A DNA stretch of 24,669 bases from Pseudomonadota bacterium (GTDB lineage Bacteria; Pseudomonadota; Gammaproteobacteria; Methylococcales; Methylococcaceae): contig JBEGVN010000051.1 in NCBI GenBank assembly GCA_041178325.1, positions 1 through 24,669 on the forward strand, written 5' to 3'. Position numbers and translations under genes: made by a program. Position 1 is the first letter of the stretch. The number at the start of each line of letters is the position of its first letter. The notes below the pieces were generated by a model that saw only the letters and a list, made by a program, of their open reading frames with translations, was not told the origin of the DNA and did no database searches. Below, one piece after another: positions 1 through 7,405 of the stretch.

Positions 1-85
1 TTCAACTAAAAGGAGAATCCATGCGGAGGAAAATGGCCAAAATTGACGGATCATGAACACCTGAGATACAAAATCAAACAACGTA

Positions 86-1615
86 ATGCACCGGATAACG
101 CGTGTTCACCATCACGCAAGAATAGGTGTTCACGATCGCAGGAATACGCACAAGAACAACTTGCCCAATTTCAGTGCCACCTTGAATGCGCTCCACATTG
201 AGTTCGAAAAGCACTCGAAGAAATACGAAAAAGATGGGGTCTCCAAGCTAACAGCCTTCATTTCAAATGCTGGTGGCGTTGTTGAGTTAGCAAAAACGGT
301 TCCCGCTGAAGATGATGACAGCAAGCTACCCCCCATCGACCGCGCAAAGCTGTTGGCTCTTACTGAAAGCATCCGCGAAATGTTACTCAAAGAGGCTGTA
401 GTCTGTAGTCGCGGGTCCCCACTTCCAGTCCTTCCGATCCAGCAGTATTTTTCGCTTGGCTACCAGAATCACAGCCTGCTTTTGGTCAACAAGACTGAAA
501 GGGGTGTTGGCTGGTTTTCTACATGCGCAAACCCCAAGCTCATACAGGAAGTGCTCGTAGATGCTGTGAGGCGACGATTTGATTTACAGCATCCTAAAGT
601 TCGGCCTTTGCTGGAGCTGATTCAGACCCAATCGCTGCCCAAGCATCTTGCTGGACTATCGGCTGGGCTCGTTGAAAAGCATGAGGTTGAGGGCTGGGGC
701 AAAACGAAATTCAAAGCAGAGCGCCGTGTTCTGTTCGTCAGGGATACAGGCGAATTTGTTTTAAGTCCGATGAACGCTCAGTCTGGCGTTGTCAGCATCG
801 TAAAGCCTGATGCGACCGGATTGCCACGTCAGCTTGATAAGCCATTCTTTGCTGATTGCGCACACGATGTTCTTGTTCTGCCAAGCGTATTAGAAAGCGT
901 TGAGGCGAACATGCTCCATGAGTTTGATTTCAACGTTTACGACGCGGGGCCACTTTCGAGCATTCCTAAGTACTCAGAAAGGAACAGCGCATCGCATTTG
1001 ATGAGATTCAAGCATCGAGCAGACAATTCTAAGAGCTTCAATGTTCCTTTCTGGCCGTGCTACGACACATTTGATCAGCCGCAATATCAGTTGATTAGGG
1101 ACCCGGACTACAAGGCCAAGCCGAAATGGAAAGCAAACTTGTCCGTTTTCTGGTTCCAACAGCTTGCGGATGTTTTCCTCGATAAGTGGCTGGCAGGGCA
1201 TGGAAAGCACCTCAAGCGTAAGCATCAATACACGCTTCGGCTGATATTTGATCGTGAGTCATTGGGCTTTGAGTTTGTGTATCGGGATGGTGAGTTTGAA
1301 AACTACGAACTGGACATCCCGCTGGAGTCATCAGCTACATGCTCAAGTGCGGTCGTTAGCCTTTTTGCGTCCAAGGACCTTGTTCCAGTTTTGCGGAGCA
1401 TCGCTTATCTTCAAGCAGATTCCAACATCGCACTTGAGCTGACTGATGACTTGTTACGGTTAAGTTTTACAACTGTTGGGCCGGGTGGCAGCAAGCATGA
1501 GATTTTGGTTCCAACGCTGGATGCTGAAGGCAATCGAGCAAGGGCGCCATTCATGCTTTACCAGCCAACTATCGTTGCTGATGAGTCCTCGCAGAAAGTT
1601 GAGGCCGAGGCGTGA
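86..1615 (+). CDS. Hypothetical 509-aa protein, upstream partner of the DpdA-like gene. I recognise no family. The C-terminal ~130 aa has a DnaN/sliding-clamp-domain-like sequence pattern. The start codon is uncertain.
   Basis: This is a long ORF whose TGA stop overlaps the GTG start of the next gene (GTGA at 1612-1615). There is no SD before ATG 86. The frame is open only from 65. The first ~25 codons overlap direct DNA repeats, so the true start may be downstream (for example in-frame TTG 161 or 182). Confidence 0.6.
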   Translation: MHRITRVHHHARIGVHDRRNTHKNNLPNFSATLNALHIEFEKHSKKYEKDGVSKLTAFISNAGGVVELAKTVPAEDDDSKLPPIDRAKLLALTESIREMLLKEAVVCSRGSPLPVLPIQQYFSLGYQNHSLLLVNKTERGVGWFSTCANPKLIQEVLVDAVRRRFDLQHPKVRPLLELIQTQSLPKHLAGLSAGLVEKHEVEGWGKTKFKAERRVLFVRDTGEFVLSPMNAQSGVVSIVKPDATGLPRQLDKPFFADCAHDVLVLPSVLESVEANMLHEFDFNVYDAGPLSSIPKYSERNSASHLMRFKHRADNSKSFNVPFWPCYDTFDQPQYQLIRDPDYKAKPKWKANLSVFWFQQLADVFLDKWLAGHGKHLKRKHQYTLRLIFDRESLGFEFVYRDGEFENYELDIPLESSATCSSAVVSLFASKDLVPVLRSIAYLQADSNIALELTDDLLRLSFTTVGPGGSKHEILVPTLDAEGNRARAPFMLYQPTIVADESSQKVEAEA

Positions 1616-2892
1616 AGAAGCCTGATTTTGCTGTCTACTTGCCCGCCGTTAATACGCTTTACGCGCAGGCTTTAACGGCTGAACTTCCAGCTAAAAGACC
1701 ATTTCCCAAGGGCTTATCGCTGAGCGATTTGGAATTTTGGAACGAGAGTGCTGGACGCAACCTCTGGCATTACCCGTACTTTCTCCATTCAGTTGGGCAG
1801 TACAAAGTAGGCGAACTTGCTGATAACGCCGTTACGCGAAGAGGTAGAACAGATGGCGTGATGGTCGGTGACAGTGGCGGTTTTCAGATTGGTAATGGAA
1901 ACCTAACTGGACTTGTTGGGCTTGAACCTCAAATGGACCCGGACGATGCTTGCGCTGCTTGGCGTGAGAATGTTGATGCGCGTCTTTGGATCATTAACTG
2001 GTTGGAAACTTACTCCAACTTCGCGATGACAATCGACATGCCACTGTGGGCGACTACGCAAGATGGCAAAAACTCACCCTTTCATCGTTGTAACCATGAG
2101 CAGCTGACCCAGCTTACTGTTGAAAATCTGCGCTTCATCGATAGTCATCGGCAGGGCAGAACAAAGTGGCTCAATGTCCTACAGGGCGCCACTACCGAAG
2201 CAATGGCAGATTGGTGGGATGCGGTTAAGTGGTTCAAGTGCTCCGGTTACGCAATGAGTAGCAGGGGAGCAAGAACAGCTGGAATTGAAGCCTTGCTGGT
2301 TCCTTTGTTATTGATGCGCGATCAGAAGGCATTTGACACTGGAAAGGACTGGATACACTTGCTTGGAGTCTCAACGGCTCCTTGGGCTGTGGTCCTGTCT
2401 GCGATTCAGTCGGCTTTGCGCTCTTCAGCCAATACAGAACTGACTATCAGCTTTGATAGTGCATCACCCTTTCAAGATGCCGGAATCAGGGAGCAGTACG
2501 TCACAAAACCGGATTTTCGAAATGATTTGAAAAGCTGGACGATACAAAAGTTCGAATGTCCGCAAAGTAGGCTTCATGTGGTGAGTGATGATCCTGTGCC
2601 TTTCAGTTCAGCCATCGCAGACAAGCTGACATTAGCGCATTTGAGCATCAAAGACGGTATGTACGAGCCAGGACAGTTCGACATCATTAGTCGTGCCCTG
2701 TTGTCGAACCACAATGTCAGGATTTATTTGGATTCCTTTGATGAGGCAAATTGGCTCGTTCAAAAAAAGTCACCGAAAGTGCCATCCATCATTTCAGAAG
2801 TAGTTGGCATGATTGATCGCGTATTTAAGGCTGAGTGTTGGAAGGATGCCCTTGCGAAAGAACCCAGCCATGCCAAGGCCTTCAGAGGGTAG
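1612..2892 (+). CDS. TGT-fold transglycosylase, DpdA-like (queuine/archaeosine tRNA-ribosyltransferase superfamily; candidate DNA base-exchange enzyme).
   Basis: The motifs appear in TGT order: VGDSGGFQ (Asp87, nt 1870-1872), AMTIDMP (Asp142, nt 2035-2037), LNVLQG, HLLGVS, and ISFDSASPF (Asp282, nt 2455-2457; this resembles the FDSA nucleophile motif of ArcTGT/DpdA). GAGG SD-like elements lie 2-12 nt upstream of GTG 1612. I see no canonical CxCxxC...H zinc motif and no PUA-like tail. Confidence 0.8.
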   Translation: MKKPDFAVYLPAVNTLYAQALTAELPAKRPFPKGLSLSDLEFWNESAGRNLWHYPYFLHSVGQYKVGELADNAVTRRGRTDGVMVGDSGGFQIGNGNLTGLVGLEPQMDPDDACAAWRENVDARLWIINWLETYSNFAMTIDMPLWATTQDGKNSPFHRCNHEQLTQLTVENLRFIDSHRQGRTKWLNVLQGATTEAMADWWDAVKWFKCSGYAMSSRGARTAGIEALLVPLLLMRDQKAFDTGKDWIHLLGVSTAPWAVVLSAIQSALRSSANTELTISFDSASPFQDAGIREQYVTKPDFRNDLKSWTIQKFECPQSRLHVVSDDPVPFSSAIADKLTLAHLSIKDGMYEPGQFDIISRALLSNHNVRIYLDSFDEANWLVQKKSPKVPSIISEVVGMIDRVFKAECWKDALAKEPSHAKAFRG

Positions 2893-2949
2893 CCCATTCG
2901 CTATTACTTAAATTCAGTAATAGCTATAGCAGTTCGACTGCTTGCTGGC

Positions 2950-3005
2950 CTACTGTACTAAGGACAAGCGACGATGGGCATATCAGGATATGATGCCGCA
3001 AATAT
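2950..3005 (-). pseudogene. Decayed 3' end of a tyrosine recombinase gene (remnant).
   Basis: The minus-strand translation reads ...GII S * Y A H R R L S L V Q *. This parallels ...GIHTIMSLSGHRRLSSVQEY of the intact recombinase at 4379-4951. The two share a 17-nt identical core with flanks matching at about half to two-thirds of positions. The remnant has in-frame TGA and TAG codons, and the TAG replaces the GAG just before the catalytic Tyr. Confidence 0.55.
2961..2977 (+). repeat. Left copy of a 17-bp perfect direct repeat, AGGACAAGCGACGATGG.
   Basis: It is identical to 4441-4457, at an offset of 1480 bp. It lies inside the recombinase remnant. Confidence 0.9.
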
Positions 3006-3105
3006 CCATATCAGCAGATTTTCAAAGAAAACAAGAGAAGATTGTTTTCTAAAGGTTTTCTCAGATAAAAATAGCAACTAATTCTAAATATTTATGGAGT
3101 GAAAA

Positions 3106-4356
3106 ATGCCATTCTCAAAAATTATTGTTCTTGCGACGCTTTCAGCGGGTTCATTACATGGGGGGCAGTGGATCCAGCAGTTAGAGCCTGGAGACTTTAA
3201 CAGAGATGGGGTAGTTGACTTCGTTTTCACGACTTCTCAAGAAGCAGGATTTAAGCCGGTTCAGCCGCGTTTCTATCTTGGAAATAAATCCAGAAAGTGG
3301 GTGGAGAGCACTCAGGCTCTATTCTCTGGGAGTGTTCCTCGAGTGTTCTACTTGTCAAGAATTTCTGTTAGTGACTTCAATAAAGATGGGGCAAGCGATG
3401 TTTTTGCCCCTGATAATGGCGCTGATGCTCCACCTTATCCTGGCGGTATGGACTACCTATGGATATCTTCAGTTGATAAAAAACTAGTTGATCAGTCACT
3501 GACACTACCGCAGATTCGGAAAGCTTCCCATGGTCTATCAGTTGGAGACATCAATCATGATGGATACAAAGACGTTGTAGTTAATAGCTTTGCATTAAAA
3601 GACCGTTCGTATGATGGCCATCCCACAGACTTTGTTTATCTGAATAACAAAGCTGGCGGATTCCTGGATATATCAGGTAGTGCGATACCTAAGAGAGTGG
3701 CTTGGGCTGGCGGTCACAGCGCGTCTGCGATTGGGGACTTTAATGGTGACGGGTGGGGTGACATATTCCTTGGAGCTATCATTAGTCCTACTCAACCTTA
3801 TGATAAAACGTCAAGAGTATTGATTAATAATGGCTATGGCGCCTTTGAGGATGACTTGGTTTATGACGTTCCTCCTCCTCCGGTAGCCGAGCCCCTAGTG
3901 GTTGAAGCGAAGTCTTTTGATTTAAATAATGATGGATATGATGACCTTCTCCTTTCTCACACAACTATTATAGGGGGTTCTTCAGGGCCTGGGTACGACA
4001 AGGGATATATTCAGATTCTTATTAGTGATGGAAAGGGCGGTTTCACAGATGAGACAAATCTTAGGTACCCGCAGGACCCTAACAAAAAGGGCTCTTGGTG
4101 GAAATTTATTCGCTTAGCAGACATAAATGGTGATGGGATTACTGATGTGTTTTTAACAGGGCAAGACACAAAGGTATCTGGGAAGGTTTTGATTAATGAT
4201 GGAAAGGGGTACTTCCAAGATAGGTTCACTCTAAGTAAATATGCGGAGTCTGGTACCACAATAGCTGATATTACTGGAGATGGTAGGCCAGAAATTGTCT
4301 GTATTGATGAGAAAGGAAAGGGTAGGATTATTGCGCTCGTAAATGATATCAGGTGA
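3106..4356 (+). CDS. Secreted FG-GAP/VCBS-repeat protein (seven-blade integrin-alpha-like beta-propeller).
   Basis: Seven spaced Dx[ND]xDGxxD calcium-loop motifs are present: DFNRDGVVD, DFNKDGASD, DINHDGYKD, DFNGDGWGD, DLNNDGYDD, DINGDGITD and DITGDGRPE. The N-terminus is hydrophobic and signal-like (MPFSKIIVLATLSAGSL). A GGAG SD sits 7 nt upstream. The gene is visibly more AT-rich than its neighbours. Confidence 0.85.
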   Translation: MPFSKIIVLATLSAGSLHGGQWIQQLEPGDFNRDGVVDFVFTTSQEAGFKPVQPRFYLGNKSRKWVESTQALFSGSVPRVFYLSRISVSDFNKDGASDVFAPDNGADAPPYPGGMDYLWISSVDKKLVDQSLTLPQIRKASHGLSVGDINHDGYKDVVVNSFALKDRSYDGHPTDFVYLNNKAGGFLDISGSAIPKRVAWAGGHSASAIGDFNGDGWGDIFLGAIISPTQPYDKTSRVLINNGYGAFEDDLVYDVPPPPVAEPLVVEAKSFDLNNDGYDDLLLSHTTIIGGSSGPGYDKGYIQILISDGKGGFTDETNLRYPQDPNKKGSWWKFIRLADINGDGITDVFLTGQDTKVSGKVLINDGKGYFQDRFTLSKYAESGTTIADITGDGRPEIVCIDEKGKGRIIALVNDIR

Positions 4357-4378
4357 TAAGAGGTATTTACATTTTTGG

Positions 4379-4951
4379 TTAAAGTAACTCCACAGCCTGT
4401 CTTCTGTGCTCATCTGTCACACTCAAGTACTCTTGGACTGAGGACAAGCGACGATGGCCAGATAGCGACATGATTGTGTGAATGCCTACCGATTTGTTGG
4501 CAAGCGTTGTAATGAATTCCCTGCGAAAGCCGTGACTCGAGCAGCCATCCAAGCCCACTTCACGGAACAGTCGGCAGAAGAAACCAGAAATTCCATTCGC
4601 CGTAAATCCGCGCATTGAATTTTTCTGCGTGGGAAAAAGGCTCTGCTCGGGGCTTATGATCTTCATGCCCTCGATGTACGCGGCCAGCTCTTTACACAAT
4701 TTGGAATTGATCAAAACGGATCTGCCTGACTTGCCCTTGGTTTGCTGTGCTGTCAGGTAGATTTCGTTTTTGATTTGGCCTTGGGCGTCGACGACATCTT
4801 TGATTTTGAGCGAAGCGGCCTCACAAGCTCTTAGTCCCGCGTAGCGCATTGTGAAAATCAGCGCCTTGTTCCGGGCGGCATGGGGGCGGGTGGCAATATG
4901 GTCAAGTACGCGCCTCAACTCCTGCTTGGTCAAAATCCTCGCTTTCTTCAT
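4379..4951 (-). CDS. Short (190 aa) tyrosine recombinase of FimB/FimE size, consisting of the catalytic domain only.
   Basis: The catalytic signature is present: GLRACE (Arg I), HGFRREF (H-x-x-R) and GHRRLSSVQEY (His/Tyr175). The N-terminal PHAARN segment resembles FimB GPHAARN. A strong GGAGG SD sits 8 nt upstream of the ATG. Confidence 0.9.
   Translation of the reverse strand: MKKARILTKQELRRVLDHIATRPHAARNKALIFTMRYAGLRACEAASLKIKDVVDAQGQIKNEIYLTAQQTKGKSGRSVLINSKLCKELAAYIEGMKIISPEQSLFPTQKNSMRGFTANGISGFFCRLFREVGLDGCSSHGFRREFITTLANKSVGIHTIMSLSGHRRLSSVQEYLSVTDEHRRQAVELL
4441..4457 (+). repeat. Right copy of the 17-bp perfect direct repeat, AGGACAAGCGACGATGG.
   Basis: It is identical to 2961-2977. 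It lies inside the recombinase CDS, where the minus strand encodes HRRLS (His166-Ser170). Confidence 0.9.
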
Positions 4952-4965
4952 CTTCTGATCCTCCG

Positions 4966-4997
4966 AATTACATGTAAGGTTGGCTTACAGCGTAATT
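4966..4997 (-). promoter_or_regulatory. Nested palindrome immediately upstream of the recombinase SD; candidate operator or recombinase-binding site.
   Basis: A perfect 10-bp palindrome, TTACATGTAA, lies at 4968-4977. It sits within the nested inverted repeat AATTAC-at-GTAAG-gttgg-CTTAC-agc-GTAATT. Its function is only inferred. Confidence 0.3.
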
Positions 4998-6182
4998 TCT
5001 GCGGTTCTGTGAGGACAACCTAAAATGAAGATTGCGTAACCCCATGAAATAAAACGCTGTAGAGCCGAAATCGCAGGGTCTAACTAATCCTTGCGATTCT
5101 TGTATTTAGCGTCGAAGTTCGGATTCTGGCTGTTAACTGGAAGGGCAGAACGACAGCGTCAACAGCATCAAAAAGTGCTGGACTCGCTATCCAAGCCAGC
5201 CCATGCGCAAGATCAGGCGCTGTTGCTTCTTGTCGTGCGTTCGTCCGAAATTGGTCCTGTGCTTGTAAATTTCTGCTGCGCAAAAAATTGCTGGGAAGTA
5301 CTTGAAGATTCGGGCTGGCATTTTGATCTCGGTACCCCCTGTCTGTTGCTCGATCATGGAGCCCGGAACAAAAGGCAGAACATTTCATTTGTTTCAAAGG
5401 GGCATTGAAGAGCTGCGCTGCGCTTGCTTGCCCTTCACCATGTTCGATGAAGCTCGCAAAACTCGCTTCATCTCACATTGCTCGGACATGTCTCACAGTC
5501 CTAAGAATCAAAAATCCTGTTGATGTATTGCTGTTCTTGAATCTTTCTGTAGATCCTTGAGACATAACTTCCCCCTTTCGGAGGAAGTAAAAAAAGGTCT
5601 TTCTGTGAGTCCTCTTCGCATCCAGCTTTACAACGTAACAGAGGCGGTTGGTCTGTACCTCGCGTTGCCTTCTTCCGTAGGAGTTTTGAAGTCCTACACC
5701 AACGGTACCCGCGAAAATACAAGCCGGAGCATCTACGCGAGCCTGAGAGCACATCGCACAATCAAAGCGATGTCCCAGTCTTTAGCCTTACTAAATAAAA
5801 GTGCTGATCAGCAGCAAAATCCGTTCTTTTGGCATATCGGATCAACATCTGGTGGGGTAGTTGCTGCTGGTGCGCTGTTGTCGCTTGGTGTCCTCCCCCG
5901 TCCTCTGCGTGAAGTGTTGCCGCTTGTTTCAAACCCGCAAGCTCGGATATTTCAACAGTTGTCGTGCCTGTCCAACTGCCCGCATCGTGCTTTTCCTCTT
6001 GCTGTGCGGGTCGTTGGTTTGCCTAAAAGCGCCTGTGTTGCCTTTGTCATTTTTATTTATACGAATTACAGGAAAGGCTGAAGAAATGTGGTTGTAGCCG
6101 TGGTTGCTGGCAAATTCCGGTTGTCCAGGCCGAAGTTCTGAAAATACGCTCATGGCTCATTCAACAAGATCGAGGACGAGCA

Positions 6183-6626
6183 ATGAGCATTTTGAGTTCC
6201 CTGAAATTAGTCGCAGCGACCACGCAGCCGAAGGCAAATGGCATCCAGCGACAGCGTAATAAGTTGGCTGCGAAATTGGACGAGCAAATTGAAATGGCAT
6301 CGGCAAAACAATTGGGCGCCAACTACGCTCCGCGCATCGTTAAGTCCGTTACCAATCCAGCAACTGAGCAACGTGTCCAAGTCGAAGCGTACAAACGAGT
6401 GCGTCCGTGGTTTTGGGTGTCGGCTGCTGGGGGCTACTGCTTGAATATTCGGTATGGCAGCAAGGTGATTGAACTGGCCAAGGGCAAAAACGCCATTGAA
6501 GCAGCCGATCTGAAGACGCTCATCGAAGCATTAGGAACGGTCAAAAGCGCGGTACTGGCAGGGGAGCTGGATGCTGAAATTGAAAAAGCATCGGGCGCAC
6601 TTCGATCTGGATTCGGTAAGAAGTAG
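6183..6626 (+). CDS. Hypothetical protein (147 aa).
   Basis: It is a clean ORF with a GAGGA SD about 6 nt upstream of the ATG. Codon first positions are G-rich, which is typical of coding sequence. I recognise no family. Confidence 0.6.
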   Translation: MSILSSLKLVAATTQPKANGIQRQRNKLAAKLDEQIEMASAKQLGANYAPRIVKSVTNPATEQRVQVEAYKRVRPWFWVSAAGGYCLNIRYGSKVIELAKGKNAIEAADLKTLIEALGTVKSAVLAGELDAEIEKASGALRSGFGKK

Positions 6627-6678
6627 CAATCGAAGGCAAGGAGCTAAATACAAGGAAAGTAATGGAGACCTTTGTTTT

Positions 6679-7083
6679 ATGCGCCTTGCCGAATTTTCCT
6701 CTGCCCAAGATCAGTTGGCTCTGTGGAAGCTCATCAGCGATACCGTTTGGTCCAGCATCAATGCCCAAGCCAAGCAGCAAGCCCAAGTCGCGGCTCAACA
6801 AAAGCGCATCGTAAAGCCCAAGACGAAAGTAGCCAGCAAGGTCAAAATCCCACGGCCACCAGCACCTAAGCCTTTACCTCAACCCAAGCCCTTGTATCAG
6901 GCAAAAGCAAAACCCATCAAGCCGGCCCCGACGAAAGTTGACCCCGCATCAAAGCGTCTGCCGAGCCAATTGACAGCAAAACCACCGAATCCCAGTACAG
7001 CAAAAATGGACACGGGCGTGGTGCCGAGGGGCATAGCGACAATGAATGCCCTAGCCAATCCCGCTATTACTGAAAATAAGTAA
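6679..7083 (+). CDS. Hypothetical protein (134 aa) with a Pro/Lys/Ala-rich, low-complexity C-terminal half.
   Basis: I chose the internal ATG 6679, which has GGAG about 12 nt upstream, rather than the track start 6571, which overlaps the previous gene. The C-terminal half consists of PKP/KPxP repeats. Confidence 0.5.
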   Translation: MRLAEFSSAQDQLALWKLISDTVWSSINAQAKQQAQVAAQQKRIVKPKTKVASKVKIPRPPAPKPLPQPKPLYQAKAKPIKPAPTKVDPASKRLPSQLTAKPPNPSTAKMDTGVVPRGIATMNALANPAITENK

Positions 7084-7099
7084 TAACTTTTCGACAAGA

Positions 7100-7279
7100 T
7101 CAAAGCTGCCGAACACTCCATACGTGTACCCGGCCTCCATACTGTGCTTCAATCATTGCCTGTGCTTGTTGGCTCATTACGGCAGTCACAGTCGTCGTCA
7201 GATAGCTCAAGTTGCTGTCGGTCTGTGTTTTGGCGTCGTCGTAATAAACGGTAAATGAAATCTCAAAGGTTCTCAGCAT
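7100..7279 (-). CDS. Small hypothetical protein (59 aa).
   Basis: I chose the internal ATG at 7277-7279, which is preceded by a GGAG SD at 6 nt spacing. The longer 123-aa version has a basic, Cys/His-rich N-terminus that looks non-coding. Confidence 0.45.
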   Translation of the reverse strand: MLRTFEISFTVYYDDAKTQTDSNLSYLTTTVTAVMSQQAQAMIEAQYGGRVHVWSVRQL

Positions 7280-7405
7280 CACTTGCTCCGGTTGTTTTGA
7301 TCCCAAGCAAGTGTGTGGTCGATGGGCTGGAGTGGACAACCAGAAATGGATCTGGGACAAGTGAGCGGCAATTTCTTGGCAATCAATCAATTTGCGGTTT
7401 CGAAT

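Noticed and set aside
130-1442. ORFs 130-390(-), 974-1228(-) and 1248-1442(+).
   Set aside because: They are embedded in, or antisense to, the 509-aa ORF. They are short and lack SDs or motifs.
5067-5078. 12-nt identity GAAATCGCAGGG shared with 8707-8718, in the terminator after the tRNA fragment. I considered it as a possible att core next to the recombinase.
   Set aside because: A 12-mer match is expected by chance many times in a 24.7-kb window. The flanks do not extend the match. The tRNA-half evidence already explains the island end.
5080-6153. ORF-track ORFs 5080-5397(-), 5091-5408(+), 5302-5523(+), 5473-5754(-), 5501-5761(-), 5557-6081(+), 5861-6097(+) and 5929-6153(-).
   Set aside because: They overlap one another on both strands. 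None has a Shine-Dalgarno sequence, several use TTG starts, and the translations are Arg/Ser/Cys/Gln-rich with no recognisable motif. The region is reported as unexplained rather than annotated.
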